Assembly: GCA_030688685.1 (NCBI GenBank)
Contig: JAUYJF010000006.1
Span: forward strand, 120-64,119
Direction: 5' to 3'
Source: Candidatus Yanofskybacteria bacterium
Lineage (GTDB): Bacteria > Patescibacteriota > Minisyncoccia > Minisyncoccales > UBA10102
DNA: 64,000 nucleotides
The notes under the pieces are model-generated. The model searched no databases. It saw nothing but the letters and a program-made list of their open reading frames with translations, and was not told the origin of the DNA. Shown here one piece after another: positions 45,548 through 55,476 of the stretch; the first letter of the stretch is position 1; every line of letters begins with the position of its first letter. The position numbers and the translations under genes are program-made.

Positions 45548-45779
45548 ACGCCCGAACGGTTACGCGCTTGGAAGAAACCGCATCATTTTTGTCTGGCAGA
45601 CAGGACACGCTCCCTGCATAGCTCTTCGCTTCTTCCCTCCCTTTGCGTCAATCTCTACCTCCTTCTCGTTTGCCATTTCTCTTTTTGTCTTGCATCGGAC
45701 ACAATATGCTTCAGTTGCCATATGAGTGTGGTATGTAATTGCTTATTGGATATAAAAATGACCTTTCAAACAGTATACT

Positions 45780-46487
45780 CTAACAAACAAGGACGCGAAA
45801 TGCCTCTCCATATTTCACACGCTTCTTTTTCCCAGCCGCCCGAGCCCGAGCAAGGATATGGCCCTTTGTCTGATCCAATGAAAACCACTGACTTTCATGG
45901 GAAAGAACCGCCTGAAGTTTTAATTGCATCGTGCTTGAGACATCAATAAAACGGTTCGGGGAATCAGAAGAGAAAAACCACAGCTCTTCCACCTGATGCG
46001 GAGCAAGCCCCTTTTTGAGGAGCGCGGGGAAAAAAGATATGTTGCCCACCGCAGGATACACCGCGTCAAATACCGTTTCAGCTCCCACGCGATGATCGCG
46101 GTGAGATCGATACGTACTTTCAAAACCGGAACTCGCAGGATCAAACGTAAAGATGATATCCGGGCGCAAGTCCCGAATGAACGCCACGAGCGCGCCTCTG
46201 AGCTTTTTTGTGTTCTCAAGCTCCCCATCCGTCTCTCTGAGAAAATGCACGGAAGAAACTCCCAACACATCCGCCGCGTTCTTCTGCTCTCTTTCCCGGA
46301 TACGCGCCAGCTTTTTTCCCCCAAACCCTGTTTTGTGGCTTCCCTTTGATCCGTCCAAAAGAATGAGTTCGTACACATCGCTCCCTTCGCGTACAAGGCG
46401 GGCAAGCGTTCCCGCGCATCCAAAATCTGAATCATCCGGGTGGGGAGAAATTACCAAAACCTTCTTTTTCTTGGCAAATACTGGCAT
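45780..46487 (-). CDS. PIG-L/LmbE family N-acetylglucosaminyl deacetylase
   Basis: VISPHPDDSDFGCAGT. Confidence 0.8.
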   Translation of the reverse strand: MPVFAKKKKVLVISPHPDDSDFGCAGTLARLVREGSDVYELILLDGSKGSHKTGFGGKKLARIREREQKNAADVLGVSSVHFLRETDGELENTKKLRGALVAFIRDLRPDIIFTFDPASSGFESTYRSHRDHRVGAETVFDAVYPAVGNISFFPALLKKGLAPHQVEELWFFSSDSPNRFIDVSSTMQLKLQAVLSHESQWFSLDQTKGHILARARAAGKKKRVKYGEAFRVLVC

Positions 46488-46524
46488 TTTCTCAGAAAAT
46501 TGCTATACTAGAGCAAACTAGTCC

Positions 46525-46817
46525 CCGCACTTACTACATTTCATTGCCTGAGAAGCTCGAGAATAAGCTCTATTCAACGAGCGACGACGAGACCTGTACC
46601 CGTAGGTACGTTGAGGAGGAGCGAGGAAGAAGATAGCTTTATTATGGAGCTTCCCTATGGGCAAGTGAATTTGAACCACCTTCTTTGTTGTCCCGCTGCG
46701 CGGGATCTCGCAAAGCGAGACTCGTCGTTCACGTATCGCCTGATACGCGTCACTCCTCGCGCCTTGAATCTGGTTCAACATTCATCTTGCTCAGACAACG
46801 AAATGTAGTAAGTGCGG
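46525..46817. repeat. 293-bp element bounded by a perfect 18-bp inverted repeat (CCGCACTTACTACATTTC at 46525-46542 and GAAATGTAGTAAGTGCGG at 46800-46817), possibly a MITE or a structured ncRNA
   Basis: The IR is perfect over 18 nt and about 20 of 22 when extended. The 257-bp interior has many local hairpins (UCUCGCaaaGCGAGA, CCGCugcGCGG, CGACGAG/CUCGUCG). It sits in the divergent spacer between the PIG-L gene and hup. Confidence 0.5.
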
Positions 46818-46866
46818 AGACGAAAAGGTCGGATAAAGGAATACACGAGAAATTGTATCATTTCCC

Positions 46867-47139
46867 ATGACAAAAGAACAAGTATTAGAAGCTATGGCCG
46901 AGGGAGCTGACATGTCCAAGGCGCAAGCAGACAGAGCTCTCGGCGCATTGTTGGATTCCATTAAGAAAGCGCTCAAGAAGGGAGATTCCCTCACGCTTTC
47001 CGGATTTGGAACATTCAAGGTTTCAAATCGCAAGGCCCGCCAGGGAATCAACCCGAAAACAGGGGCAAAACTCCAAATCCCCGCACGAACCGTTCCAAAG
47101 TTTACCGCGGGAAAGGGACTGAAAGAGGCAGTACGTTAA
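46867..47139 (+). CDS. hup: DNA-binding protein HU
   Basis: GFGTFKVSNRKARQGINPKTG. Confidence 0.9.
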   Translation: MTKEQVLEAMAEGADMSKAQADRALGALLDSIKKALKKGDSLTLSGFGTFKVSNRKARQGINPKTGAKLQIPARTVPKFTAGKGLKEAVR

Positions 47140-47156
47140 AGAGAAACTATAAGCAA

Positions 47157-47178
47157 AACCCCCATTCGGGGGTTTTTG
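47157..47178. terminator. bidirectional terminator AAAACCCCC-attc-GGGGGTTTTT
   Basis: A perfect hairpin flanked by A and T runs. It lies between the convergent hup and the response regulator. Confidence 0.7.
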
Positions 47179-47182
47179 CTTC

Positions 47183-47575
47183 TTACGGAGTCGCGGGAGA
47201 AAGTATCCGTTCCTTTACCTTGGTTATAATATCCTCCACCGTATGATCTGACTTTACAATGTAGTCAAACTCATCTTTTCCAAGCGCGCCCGCTATTTCA
47301 TGAAGAATATTTACATTCGTCAGCACGATCACTCTCGCATTTTTTCCCCATGGATCTTTCCGGAGGTTCCTGAGCACGGTCATACCGTTCATCTTGGGCA
47401 GTAAAAGATCCAGCAATATTAAATCGGGTTTCATTGCTAAGGCCGCTTCATACCCGTCTTTTCCATTATGCTCACAGCGCACAGAGAACCCGCTCAAAAG
47501 GAGCTGGTCTTCCAGGATTTTCGCGAGCGCCTCCTCGTCTTCAATGACAAGCACGGTATTTTTATGCTCTTCCAT
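47183..47575 (-). CDS. single-domain CheY-like response regulator
   Basis: Receiver motifs (VLVIEDEE, DLILLDLLLP, LTNV..K). There is no output domain. Start placed at the internal ATG. Confidence 0.8.
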   Translation of the reverse strand: MEEHKNTVLVIEDEEALAKILEDQLLLSGFSVRCEHNGKDGYEAALAMKPDLILLDLLLPKMNGMTVLRNLRKDPWGKNARVIVLTNVNILHEIAGALGKDEFDYIVKSDHTVEDIITKVKERILSPATP

Positions 47576-47624
47576 AGTCTTCAGTATGCCAAAATGCGCA
47601 AAACAGGTCAACCCCAGAGCACCT

Positions 47625-50168
47625 TTATTCGTATGTGTTTTCCTCCACCTCTCCCTTGACGGGCAGCTCCAGGTAGAACGTTGTGCCTTTTCCTTCCACC
47701 GAGGTAAACCAAATCCGCCCGTTTGAAATATCAATGAGGGATTTTGCGATATACAAACCAAGTCCTGTTCCCTCTTCCTTTGTATTGTCCGCGCGGAAAA
47801 ACTTGGCAAACACTTGCCGCTGCTGTTCCCGGGTGATCCCTATGCCCGAGTCAGACACCATGCACAGCACATGGTGTTCTCCATTGCGCAAAATACTGAT
47901 GCGTACCTGTCCGCCGTCCGGAGTGTACTTAACCGCGTTTGAAAGAATATTCTGCATAATAATCTGGGCTGCCACAGGATCCATGAAGACCTGGGGCAGA
48001 GAGGCCTCATATTCTTCCCCCAGATACAGGCGCTTGCTTTTCAGTCGCTCTTTCATTTCCTCAATCGTGTCCCGTACGATAGAAACAATGTCCACGGGCA
48101 CTGCTTTCACAAAGAAGGTTCCGGATTCCAAACGCGTTACGTTCAGAAGAGCATTGACCAGCTGAATCATGCGGCGATCAGCCCGATAGATAGAAGCGAG
48201 GTATTCCTTCTGCTTTTCATTGATGGCCCCCAAGGATGCCGAACTGAGGATTTCCGTGTACCAGCTAATCGTCGTCAGGGGGGTTCTCAGTTGATGGGAA
48301 GCAATAGAGACAAAATCCTGCTTGACCCGGTCCAATACTTGCTCTTCCGTCAAATCGCGCATGACAAGAACAGCACCAAACAATTCCCCTTTGAACATGA
48401 AGGGGGAACCGACAACTTCCACGGAAACTCTGGTTCCATTTTTTCGTATGTACACATACCTGCCCACAATTTTTCCTCTGGAAGTCAGCACCTGCGTCAA
48501 TGGGCGATCCTCTATCATAAGAGGTCTTCCTTTTTCTTCCCCATATTGCTCTGCGGGAATAACATTGGCAAATACTTTCCCGGAGAGTTCATGCTCCTTC
48601 CATCCGAGGATTTGTTCGGCTGTCCTGTTCGCGCGCACAACGCGTCCCGCGTTATCGGTAACAATAATTCCATTCCCGATGCTTTCAATCAGCGCTTCTT
48701 CTCTAATCCTTGCCTCATCCAGTACCCGGTTCCTCTCCTCAAGAAGCAGGTTGGATCCGATGAGCACTTCTTTCTGTTTCTCGGTTTTGACAAGCTCCTG
48801 CGAAACCCGCTCTGCCTTTCCTTCCAGCCTTTTTTCAAATTCCCAGGTACGCTGCACAAAGTAGCGCAACGCATGGGACAATTCTTCAACCTCATCTCCC
48901 GTAGGCGAATACGGAATAGGATGATGCTTGCCTGATGCCGCTTTTTTCGCGGCAGCAGTCAGCACCCTCATTGATCTGCTGAAAGAACGAGCCGCGAACA
49001 CCACGACTCCGAACGCGACACAAAAAATGAAGAGTTCCGCGAACAAAAAAGAAAAGAAAGAGACGGTAAGATATCGATAAAAATCCGTCAGATACACAAG
49101 AGAAACTGTTTTTTCTCCGGAAGCCGGATCTTGGCTGAATGCCACGAGCTTCACGTCCCTTGTGAGGTCATCCACAATACCCCTTTCGCCGGACGCGATT
49201 GCCCGCAAAGTTTCCACAGACACTTGTTTGCCAAGCTGATCCGCGTCGCGCGGAAGCATAAGAACCTCACCGCGGGTCCCGAGAGCAGCTCCCGCAGCTC
49301 CCTCTCTTCGCACGATCTGCTCCATGCGAGCGTACGTCTGATCCCGGAGAACGCGATGCAGGGCTTTAAAGGCGATAATATCCACAAGAAGGAAAGAACC
49401 CAGGAGAATAATAAAAGACGTGATCAACGACTTCTGGAGAATAGTGAGTCGGGGACTTTTCTGAAAGAGTCCGAATTCCTGCTCAATGCGCGAACGCGTA
49501 GATAAAAGCACTCTCCCAAGCAAAAACGCGTAGACAATCGCCAAAAACAAGGAAAGCGCGACCCCATTCAGCAGCACTTTTATAAATTCTACAAAAGGAA
49601 GGTGCGCAAAGAGCACAAGCTGCAAGCCTCCAATCGCATACCCTGCTACCATGAATGCCGCGGTGAGCAACCCCACGATGAGGGGAAAATACATAATTCT
49701 CCGATAGAGCGCCTGCGGAGAAATCGGCGAAAACCCGCCCTCAAGAAACTGCTGAATATGCCGAAAATAGAGAACACAAGATCCAATGAACAATCCCCCA
49801 ATAATCGGCAGTTCCCAGACAAACGCGAACGTAATCCAATGAAGCTGGAGGACGTTCAGGTTAATCGTGAGAAGAAAATAAACAGGCGCGAACACCCAAA
49901 ACCAGATCAACAGTCCTCCCCAGAGTATGAAAATCACTTGGCCGCGAGGAGCGAGCCCATCCCTTCGCTGAAACGCGAAAAAGTAGAGAGGAAGATTCAG
50001 GAGCACAAGAAAAGCGAGGAGAGCCGGAAAGGCCCACCACGAGATCGGAACATATCCTAGGATCGCGAGAAGCGCGTAGAGAGCGACACAAAAAAATCCC
50101 ACCCCAAGAAGGAGAATGAATCCAATGATCCTTCTCTTTTCTGTTCCATTGCGGTAAAGGAGATTCAT
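47625..50168 (-). CDS. multi-TM PAS-domain sensor histidine kinase
   Basis: About 9 N-terminal TM helices, PAS domains, an H-box (SHQLRTPL), an N-box, and G1/G2 (DSGIGI, GTGLGL). Confidence 0.85.
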   Translation of the reverse strand: MNLLYRNGTEKRRIIGFILLLGVGFFCVALYALLAILGYVPISWWAFPALLAFLVLLNLPLYFFAFQRRDGLAPRGQVIFILWGGLLIWFWVFAPVYFLLTINLNVLQLHWITFAFVWELPIIGGLFIGSCVLYFRHIQQFLEGGFSPISPQALYRRIMYFPLIVGLLTAAFMVAGYAIGGLQLVLFAHLPFVEFIKVLLNGVALSLFLAIVYAFLLGRVLLSTRSRIEQEFGLFQKSPRLTILQKSLITSFIILLGSFLLVDIIAFKALHRVLRDQTYARMEQIVRREGAAGAALGTRGEVLMLPRDADQLGKQVSVETLRAIASGERGIVDDLTRDVKLVAFSQDPASGEKTVSLVYLTDFYRYLTVSFFSFLFAELFIFCVAFGVVVFAARSFSRSMRVLTAAAKKAASGKHHPIPYSPTGDEVEELSHALRYFVQRTWEFEKRLEGKAERVSQELVKTEKQKEVLIGSNLLLEERNRVLDEARIREEALIESIGNGIIVTDNAGRVVRANRTAEQILGWKEHELSGKVFANVIPAEQYGEEKGRPLMIEDRPLTQVLTSRGKIVGRYVYIRKNGTRVSVEVVGSPFMFKGELFGAVLVMRDLTEEQVLDRVKQDFVSIASHQLRTPLTTISWYTEILSSASLGAINEKQKEYLASIYRADRRMIQLVNALLNVTRLESGTFFVKAVPVDIVSIVRDTIEEMKERLKSKRLYLGEEYEASLPQVFMDPVAAQIIMQNILSNAVKYTPDGGQVRISILRNGEHHVLCMVSDSGIGITREQQRQVFAKFFRADNTKEEGTGLGLYIAKSLIDISNGRIWFTSVEGKGTTFYLELPVKGEVEENTYE

Positions 50169-50270
50169 CCTATATACTACTATGAAACAAAACTACAAAG
50201 CAGTCAACAAAAAACTCAGGAGAACTGCCGTCTCCAGTCACAGAAATAACTTCGTTGCAGAGAAACCGCT

Positions 50271-50585
50271 TTACTCTTCAGCGGTAAAACACATATAGCA
50301 GACAACTCCTGGGATAAGCTGGAACTCAATCCCCTTTTCCCGGTCTTCCTCGGAAACCCCCGCATTCTTTGAAAGAATCCGTAAGCTTCCCTCGCCGTCT
50401 GCGATCTTGTTCTTGCAAACCGCGCACACGGTATGCTCTTTTTTTGTGTGAAGCGTGAGCAGCATGAGCTCCGCGTCCGCGAGGAAACTTTCCGTAACCA
50501 GGTCAGCGTCAGCTTCACGGATCGGTACCACCCCCTTCACTTCCCTATTGCACTTCTCGCATATTACGATCACGGCTTTTTTCAT
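50271..50585 (-). CDS. zinc-ribbon-like hypothetical protein (CEKC...CAVC...CYMC)
   Basis: Three CxxC motifs. No family recognised. Confidence 0.45.
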   Translation of the reverse strand: MKKAVIVICEKCNREVKGVVPIREADADLVTESFLADAELMLLTLHTKKEHTVCAVCKNKIADGEGSLRILSKNAGVSEEDREKGIEFQLIPGVVCYMCFTAEE

Positions 50586-50667
50586 ATATCTGCCATCCGC
50601 GTCATGAGAAACGCGCCATCATGAAATACTGCGCATACCGTCGACTCGTATGCTCCGTTGATTCTGG

Positions 50668-50713
50668 GAAAAACAGAAAAGGAACCTGCTTACTCTGGGT
50701 TCCATTCCTGTGT
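50668..50713 (-). terminator. terminator after trxB
   Basis: GGAACC-cagaguaagca-GGUUCC is followed on the minus strand by UUUUCUGUUUUUCCC. Confidence 0.5.
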
Positions 50714-50785
50714 TCTCTTGCCAAATTTCCCTTTCTTATACGATCGCGCGGTTTTTCTTGGCAGAAGGACTCCATAGGCAGAGTG

Positions 50786-51733
50786 TTACGCGCTCGCGTG
50801 AAATTCGCATCTGGACCCGTTCTTGCGCACATAATCGTACGCGGAAGTTGCCGCTACCGCCCCAAGCGCCGCGGCTGTGATATCTTGCTTGAACCCCTCA
50901 AAATGATTTACCGCGTCTCCAGCAGGAAATACCCCCGGAACATTGGTTCTCATCATGTTGTCCGCCTTCAGGTACCCGCGTTCATCAAGTTCAAGCCCCA
51001 GCTGATCCGCGAATGTTTTGTCAGGATCAAAGCCAATCTCAACAAACAGCCCGTCCACCGCGAGGCGTTCTTCTCCTCTGTATGAACGGCTCAAGACCAA
51101 GGATTCCAATTTCTTCTCTCCCACAATCTCTTTGACTTGTGTTTCAGCAAGTATCTCAACCTTCTCTCCGTGCGCTTTCATACGCTCCATGTTTACGGGC
51201 TCAGCATGCGGTTCTTTTTCCCTGGTAATAAGGTAAATCTTCTCTGCGTATTCCGCGAGGAAATTCACTCCCTTTACGGAAGAATCGCCTCCTCCCACCA
51301 TGGCAACCGTCTTTTTCGCGTACACGGGCCCATCGCATGTCACGCAATAGTGAACGCCCTTTCCGGTCAGCTCCTTTTCATTGGGAAGGTTCAGATGCCG
51401 GCGCTGAGCTCCAATAGCAAGAATAACCGCTTTCGCGTGCACACTCTCTTTTTCAGTGAAAACATCAAAGCACGCGTCCTTTTTTTTCACGCGGATCACT
51501 CTTCCCTCCCGGATTTCAGCCCCCGCGGCCAGCGCCTGCTCTTTCATGGCAGCCATGAGCTCGTATCCGTCAATAATCTTGTTGCCGGGCCAGTTCTCAA
51601 TCGCTCCCGCGGTCGCCGTTTCTCCTCCGAACTCCTCTCCGATAAGCAAGGTATTCAATTTATACCGCTCAGCATAGATGGCAGCCGACAAGCCCGCCGC
51701 TCCTGTTCCAATAATAACAAGATCGTAGGTCAT
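50786..51733 (-). CDS. trxB: thioredoxin-disulfide reductase
   Basis: FAD (GTGAAG) and NADPH motifs, and the CVTCDG redox-active pair. Confidence 0.9.
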   Translation of the reverse strand: MTYDLVIIGTGAAGLSAAIYAERYKLNTLLIGEEFGGETATAGAIENWPGNKIIDGYELMAAMKEQALAAGAEIREGRVIRVKKKDACFDVFTEKESVHAKAVILAIGAQRRHLNLPNEKELTGKGVHYCVTCDGPVYAKKTVAMVGGGDSSVKGVNFLAEYAEKIYLITREKEPHAEPVNMERMKAHGEKVEILAETQVKEIVGEKKLESLVLSRSYRGEERLAVDGLFVEIGFDPDKTFADQLGLELDERGYLKADNMMRTNVPGVFPAGDAVNHFEGFKQDITAAALGAVAATSAYDYVRKNGSRCEFHASA

Positions 51734-53592
51734 ACTGTTTCAATAGGCCTAGTATAGGTAATTTTCTTCTTTTCTTCAAAACGGGTTTCGTCCGCGAGGT
51801 AGAAGGCGCTGTTGATAAGCCCGATATGCGCGTACGCCTGAGGGAAATTCCCCAGAAATTCAAAGGACGAGGGATCCATCTGCTCAGCGTACAGTCCCAG
51901 GTGATTGGCGTATTCTACCATTTTTATGAAATGCTCGCGCGCTTCCTCTTTTTGGCCCGCGAGGGCGAGAGCGTCAATAAGCCAAAAAGAAGCAGGGACG
52001 AACGCCTCCTTTCTTGTGTGCAGGCCGACAGCCTCCGTATACCTGAGCAAAAGCCCGTTCTCCAGAGAAAGCTCCCGCTGGATTGCCTGGATCGTGAGGA
52101 GCATTTTTTCATCGTTCCCCTGAATAAATCCCACCGCGGCAAGCAAGAGGAGAGAGACATCAAGGCCCGTGGAATCAAAACTTTGCACAAACGATTTCTT
52201 TTCCTCTGACCATCCCCGTTTCATTACCTCCTCGCGGATCGCCTCTTTTTCTTTCTTCCAAAGCTCAATTTCTCCCTCAAACCCGTAGGCTTCAGCGATC
52301 TTGAGCGCGCGATCCAGCGCGACCCAGCACATCACCTTTGAATATACAAAATGCCGCTTTCCTCCCCGCACTTCCCATATGCCTTCATCCGGCTCGCGCC
52401 ATACCTTTACGACGTACTGGGCAAGCTTGCGAAAGATATCCCACGTGTATTCGGGAATTTCATAGGTAGGATCAAATCGGTGAATACGCCACACCGTATC
52501 AAGAAGGCTTCCGTAGATATCCCACTGTTTCTGAAGCGAAGCCTTGTTTCCGATACGCACTGGATGTGACCCGCGGTACCCTTCCAGATGCGAAAGAACT
52601 TCCTCGGTGAGATCCTTTTCTCCCCGAAGCCCATACATAACCTGCATGTCTTCGGGCTGAAATGCTTCCACGTTGCAGCATTCCCGGAGCAGCCAGTCCA
52701 TGTATCTGCGTGCTTCAGCATCATATCCCATCAAAAACAGGGCCTGTAATGTAAAAGCGGAATCCCGAATCCAGGAAAACCGGTAGTCCCAGTTCCGCTT
52801 TCCTCCCACCGCTTCAGGAAGAGAGGTCGTGGCGGCAGCGGCAATGGAACCTGGCGGCTCAAAGAAGAGGATCTTGAGAACAAGGGAAGAACGCACCACC
52901 ATTTCATGCCAAGGACCCGCGAACGCGCAGGTGTTCAGGTCGCAGTGATGCACCCAATCCTCCCAGAATTTTTTTGTTGCCTCCAGTTCTTTTTCATGGT
53001 GGGGCGCCTCCCATTCTTCAGGGACAGTGTCGTGGTAGTGAAACGTAAAATAGGCGGTTTCTCCCTCCTCCATGCGCAAGACGCAGCTTGCCCCGTTTTC
53101 ATCAAGAACGTACGCCCCTGGACCCACCAGCTCCCCTCTCTTATTTCCTTCATGGTATACGGCAATACCGTGTTCCATAAGAGAAAGCGTGGTCTCCCCC
53201 CGCGCGTAGTCAAAACGCGGGCTGAACTCAACCTTGAGCTCACACACTCCCTTTGCGCACACGAGTTTCCGATGAACCTCCGCTTTTTCTATTTCCTTCA
53301 TGTCACGCCCGGGCTGCGCTGGAATGAAGTCAATCAGCTCAGCAACGCCTGTTCTGGTTGTGAACCTGGTTATGAGAATATTGGTCTGCCCAAGATATTC
53401 CTGCTCCGCGTCATAGGATCCAGAAGGAGCGATAGACCACTTTCCGCCCTTCTTGTCATCTAAGATCGCCGCGAACACCGAGGGAGAATCCAGATAAGGA
53501 GCTGGCTTCCAATCAATAGAGCCGTCTTTTGCGACCAAGGCGGCGGATCTGAGGTTTCCAATAATTGCGTAATCCCGAATAGGTTTATACAT
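51730..53592 (-). CDS. glycoside hydrolase family 15-like (glucoamylase/trehalase-related)
   Basis: Typical GH15 N-terminus (IGNLRSAALV..DGSIDW) and an (alpha/alpha)6 catalytic region. Confidence 0.75.
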   Translation of the reverse strand: MYKPIRDYAIIGNLRSAALVAKDGSIDWKPAPYLDSPSVFAAILDDKKGGKWSIAPSGSYDAEQEYLGQTNILITRFTTRTGVAELIDFIPAQPGRDMKEIEKAEVHRKLVCAKGVCELKVEFSPRFDYARGETTLSLMEHGIAVYHEGNKRGELVGPGAYVLDENGASCVLRMEEGETAYFTFHYHDTVPEEWEAPHHEKELEATKKFWEDWVHHCDLNTCAFAGPWHEMVVRSSLVLKILFFEPPGSIAAAATTSLPEAVGGKRNWDYRFSWIRDSAFTLQALFLMGYDAEARRYMDWLLRECCNVEAFQPEDMQVMYGLRGEKDLTEEVLSHLEGYRGSHPVRIGNKASLQKQWDIYGSLLDTVWRIHRFDPTYEIPEYTWDIFRKLAQYVVKVWREPDEGIWEVRGGKRHFVYSKVMCWVALDRALKIAEAYGFEGEIELWKKEKEAIREEVMKRGWSEEKKSFVQSFDSTGLDVSLLLLAAVGFIQGNDEKMLLTIQAIQRELSLENGLLLRYTEAVGLHTRKEAFVPASFWLIDALALAGQKEEAREHFIKMVEYANHLGLYAEQMDPSSFEFLGNFPQAYAHIGLINSAFYLADETRFEEKKKITYTRPIETV

Positions 53593-53638
53593 GCGCGAGC
53601 TCTCTTTGACTGTGATTCGGTCATTCTACCACTGAACA

Positions 53639-53923
53639 CTAGGAACCCAAAGAAAGCAGTTCTGAGAGCTTCTGGCGGTCAAACCCGATAACAATGGTTC
53701 CGTCAACGTCAATAACGGGAACTCCCATCTGCTCTGATTTTACGATCATATCTTCCCTTGCCTGCTCGTCTTCCGCCACGTTCTTTTCCTCGTACGCCAC
53801 GTTATTCTCTTTGAAGAACTCTTTTGCCGCGCGGCAATATACGCATGTTGGAGTTGTGTAAATGGTAACTTTTGCCATACTATCAATGAATTTATTTGTA
53901 TCGGTGATCGACTCGCTTCTCAT
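53639..53923 (-). CDS. glutaredoxin/NrdH-like thioredoxin-fold protein
   Basis: CVYC active site in VTIYTTPTCVYCRAAK. Confidence 0.8.
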   Translation of the reverse strand: MRSESITDTNKFIDSMAKVTIYTTPTCVYCRAAKEFFKENNVAYEEKNVAEDEQAREDMIVKSEQMGVPVIDVDGTIVIGFDRQKLSELLSLGS

Positions 53924-53929
53924 TGTACT

Positions 53930-54289
53930 CTATCTTTCTTTTTCCTCAAGTTCCTCGTCACTGTACCCAAAGTAATGGGCGAATTCATGGATAATCGTGC
54001 GCCGGATAATCTCTTGCAATTCTTCTTCATTCCCCGCCTGGCTCTCAATCGCTTGGCGGAACAAAGTAATCTTGTCTGGAATGCTTCCTCCGAACCCTTT
54101 CCCCCATTCCGTTTCAGGAACTCCCTCGTACAGCCCGAGGAGAATCTCTCCCCGTTCCAGCTCAAGACGCTTCTTCTGCTCTTTGCTGGGAGATGGTTCA
54201 ATGCACACCGCAACATTCCGCAGGCGATCTTTAACATCCTGAGGAAGCCCTTCTATGGCTTTTTCCGCGAGCGCTTTAAATTTCTTCAT
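53930..54289 (-). CDS. zincin-like metallopeptidase-family small protein (HEFAH)
   Basis: HExxH (IIHEFAHYFG). Start placed at the internal ATG. Confidence 0.55.
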   Translation of the reverse strand: MKKFKALAEKAIEGLPQDVKDRLRNVAVCIEPSPSKEQKKRLELERGEILLGLYEGVPETEWGKGFGGSIPDKITLFRQAIESQAGNEEELQEIIRRTIIHEFAHYFGYSDEELEEKER

Positions 54290-54332
54290 GGAAGCAGTAT
54301 ACACTACCCTCTGGCGCCCAACCAAAACCCCG

Positions 54333-54899
54333 CTAAAAGCGGGATTTGAGCTGGCGTTCCATTTGACGATAGTTCGGGAATGTTTTTGCCACCTGATGCC
54401 AAAAACGGGCGGAGTGGTCCAGATGCCGCAAATGGCAGAGCTCGTGCACAATAATGTAGTCAGCCACCTGGCGAGGAAGAAACAAGAGCTTGTAATTAAA
54501 GTTCAGGTTTTTCTTTGAGGAGCAGCTTCCCCACATGGACCTGTGGTTTTTAATGCGCACCTTGCCATATTGGACCCGATAGAGAGACCGATAATAAGCA
54601 AGGCGGCGGTTTACGAATTCCCTCGCCTTTTCCTTATGCGCCAGGTAGAGCCTACGGTCGCTCTTAAAGAAGATCCCGCCCTCAAATTTGCGGAAGAGGC
54701 GAATTTGCTCAATCATCCAAAGAGCCTTCTGCCGGATGAACGCCCGAATGAGCCCCTCATCCATCCCTCTGGGGATCGTCAGGACAAATCTGCCATCGTA
54801 ATAGGCATCCAGGCGCATGGTTTTCGCGCGCCGGCTCACCTTTACCGCGTAGCGGAGTTTGCGATTTTTTATCGTTATTTGCCGCTGCATAGACTTCAT
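54333..54899 (-). CDS. YgjP/DUF45 family metal-dependent hydrolase (M48-like)
   Basis: HELCHLRHLDHSARFW motif. Confidence 0.7.
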   Translation of the reverse strand: MKSMQRQITIKNRKLRYAVKVSRRAKTMRLDAYYDGRFVLTIPRGMDEGLIRAFIRQKALWMIEQIRLFRKFEGGIFFKSDRRLYLAHKEKAREFVNRRLAYYRSLYRVQYGKVRIKNHRSMWGSCSSKKNLNFNYKLLFLPRQVADYIIVHELCHLRHLDHSARFWHQVAKTFPNYRQMERQLKSRF

Positions 54900-54982
54900 G
54901 TATAGCAGAACTCCCCTTTTCCGTCAAAAGGAGTCTGATACAAGCAACGACGTTTGAGAGCGGCCTCTTCTTGCAAGGAAGA

Positions 54983-55471
54983 CTACCGTATCTCCAAGAG
55001 TTCCACCTCAAATATGAGTGTTGCATCTTGCGGAATAACGCCGGGAATCCCCTGCGCTCCGTACGCCAAATGAGGAGGGATGGTCAGGAGACGCTTTCCT
55101 CCTATTTTCATTCCCTGAACCCCCTGCTCCCATCCCTGGATCACCTGCCCCGCCCCCAAAGTAAATTCGAGGGGAGTGCCTCTATCAAGGGAACTGTCAA
55201 ACTTCGTTCCGTCCAGCAAAGTACCCGTGTAATGCACGGAGACCTCATCTCCATTCTTTGCCGCTTCTCCCTCTCCTTCCGTGAGATCTTCGATGACGAG
55301 TTGTTCTGCCATTATGGTTAAAGATTCTTCTTGGTTATTTTGCTCCTGATTCACCGGAAGGGTTAGGGTATCTGCACCAGTATCCAGGGAGACTGTGTCC
55401 TGAAAGTAAAAGAACGAAAACACCCCGCCTGCCGCAAGAAATAAAATGAGAGAAATAAGGTACTGCTTCAT
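54983..55471 (-). CDS. FKBP-type peptidyl-prolyl cis-trans isomerase, secreted
   Basis: FKBP signature (VHYTGTLLDGTKFDSS...GWEQG..GMK.GG.R). It has an N-terminal TM or signal segment. Confidence 0.85.
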   Translation of the reverse strand: MKQYLISLILFLAAGGVFSFFYFQDTVSLDTGADTLTLPVNQEQNNQEESLTIMAEQLVIEDLTEGEGEAAKNGDEVSVHYTGTLLDGTKFDSSLDRGTPLEFTLGAGQVIQGWEQGVQGMKIGGKRLLTIPPHLAYGAQGIPGVIPQDATLIFEVELLEIR

Positions 55472-55476
55472 AGTAT

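Noticed and set aside
46518-46808. Protein-coding ORFs inside the inverted-repeat element (87 aa on the minus strand, 65 aa on the plus strand)
   Set aside because: No SD sequences and Arg/Ser-rich low-complexity translations. They sit wholly inside a hairpin-dense element.
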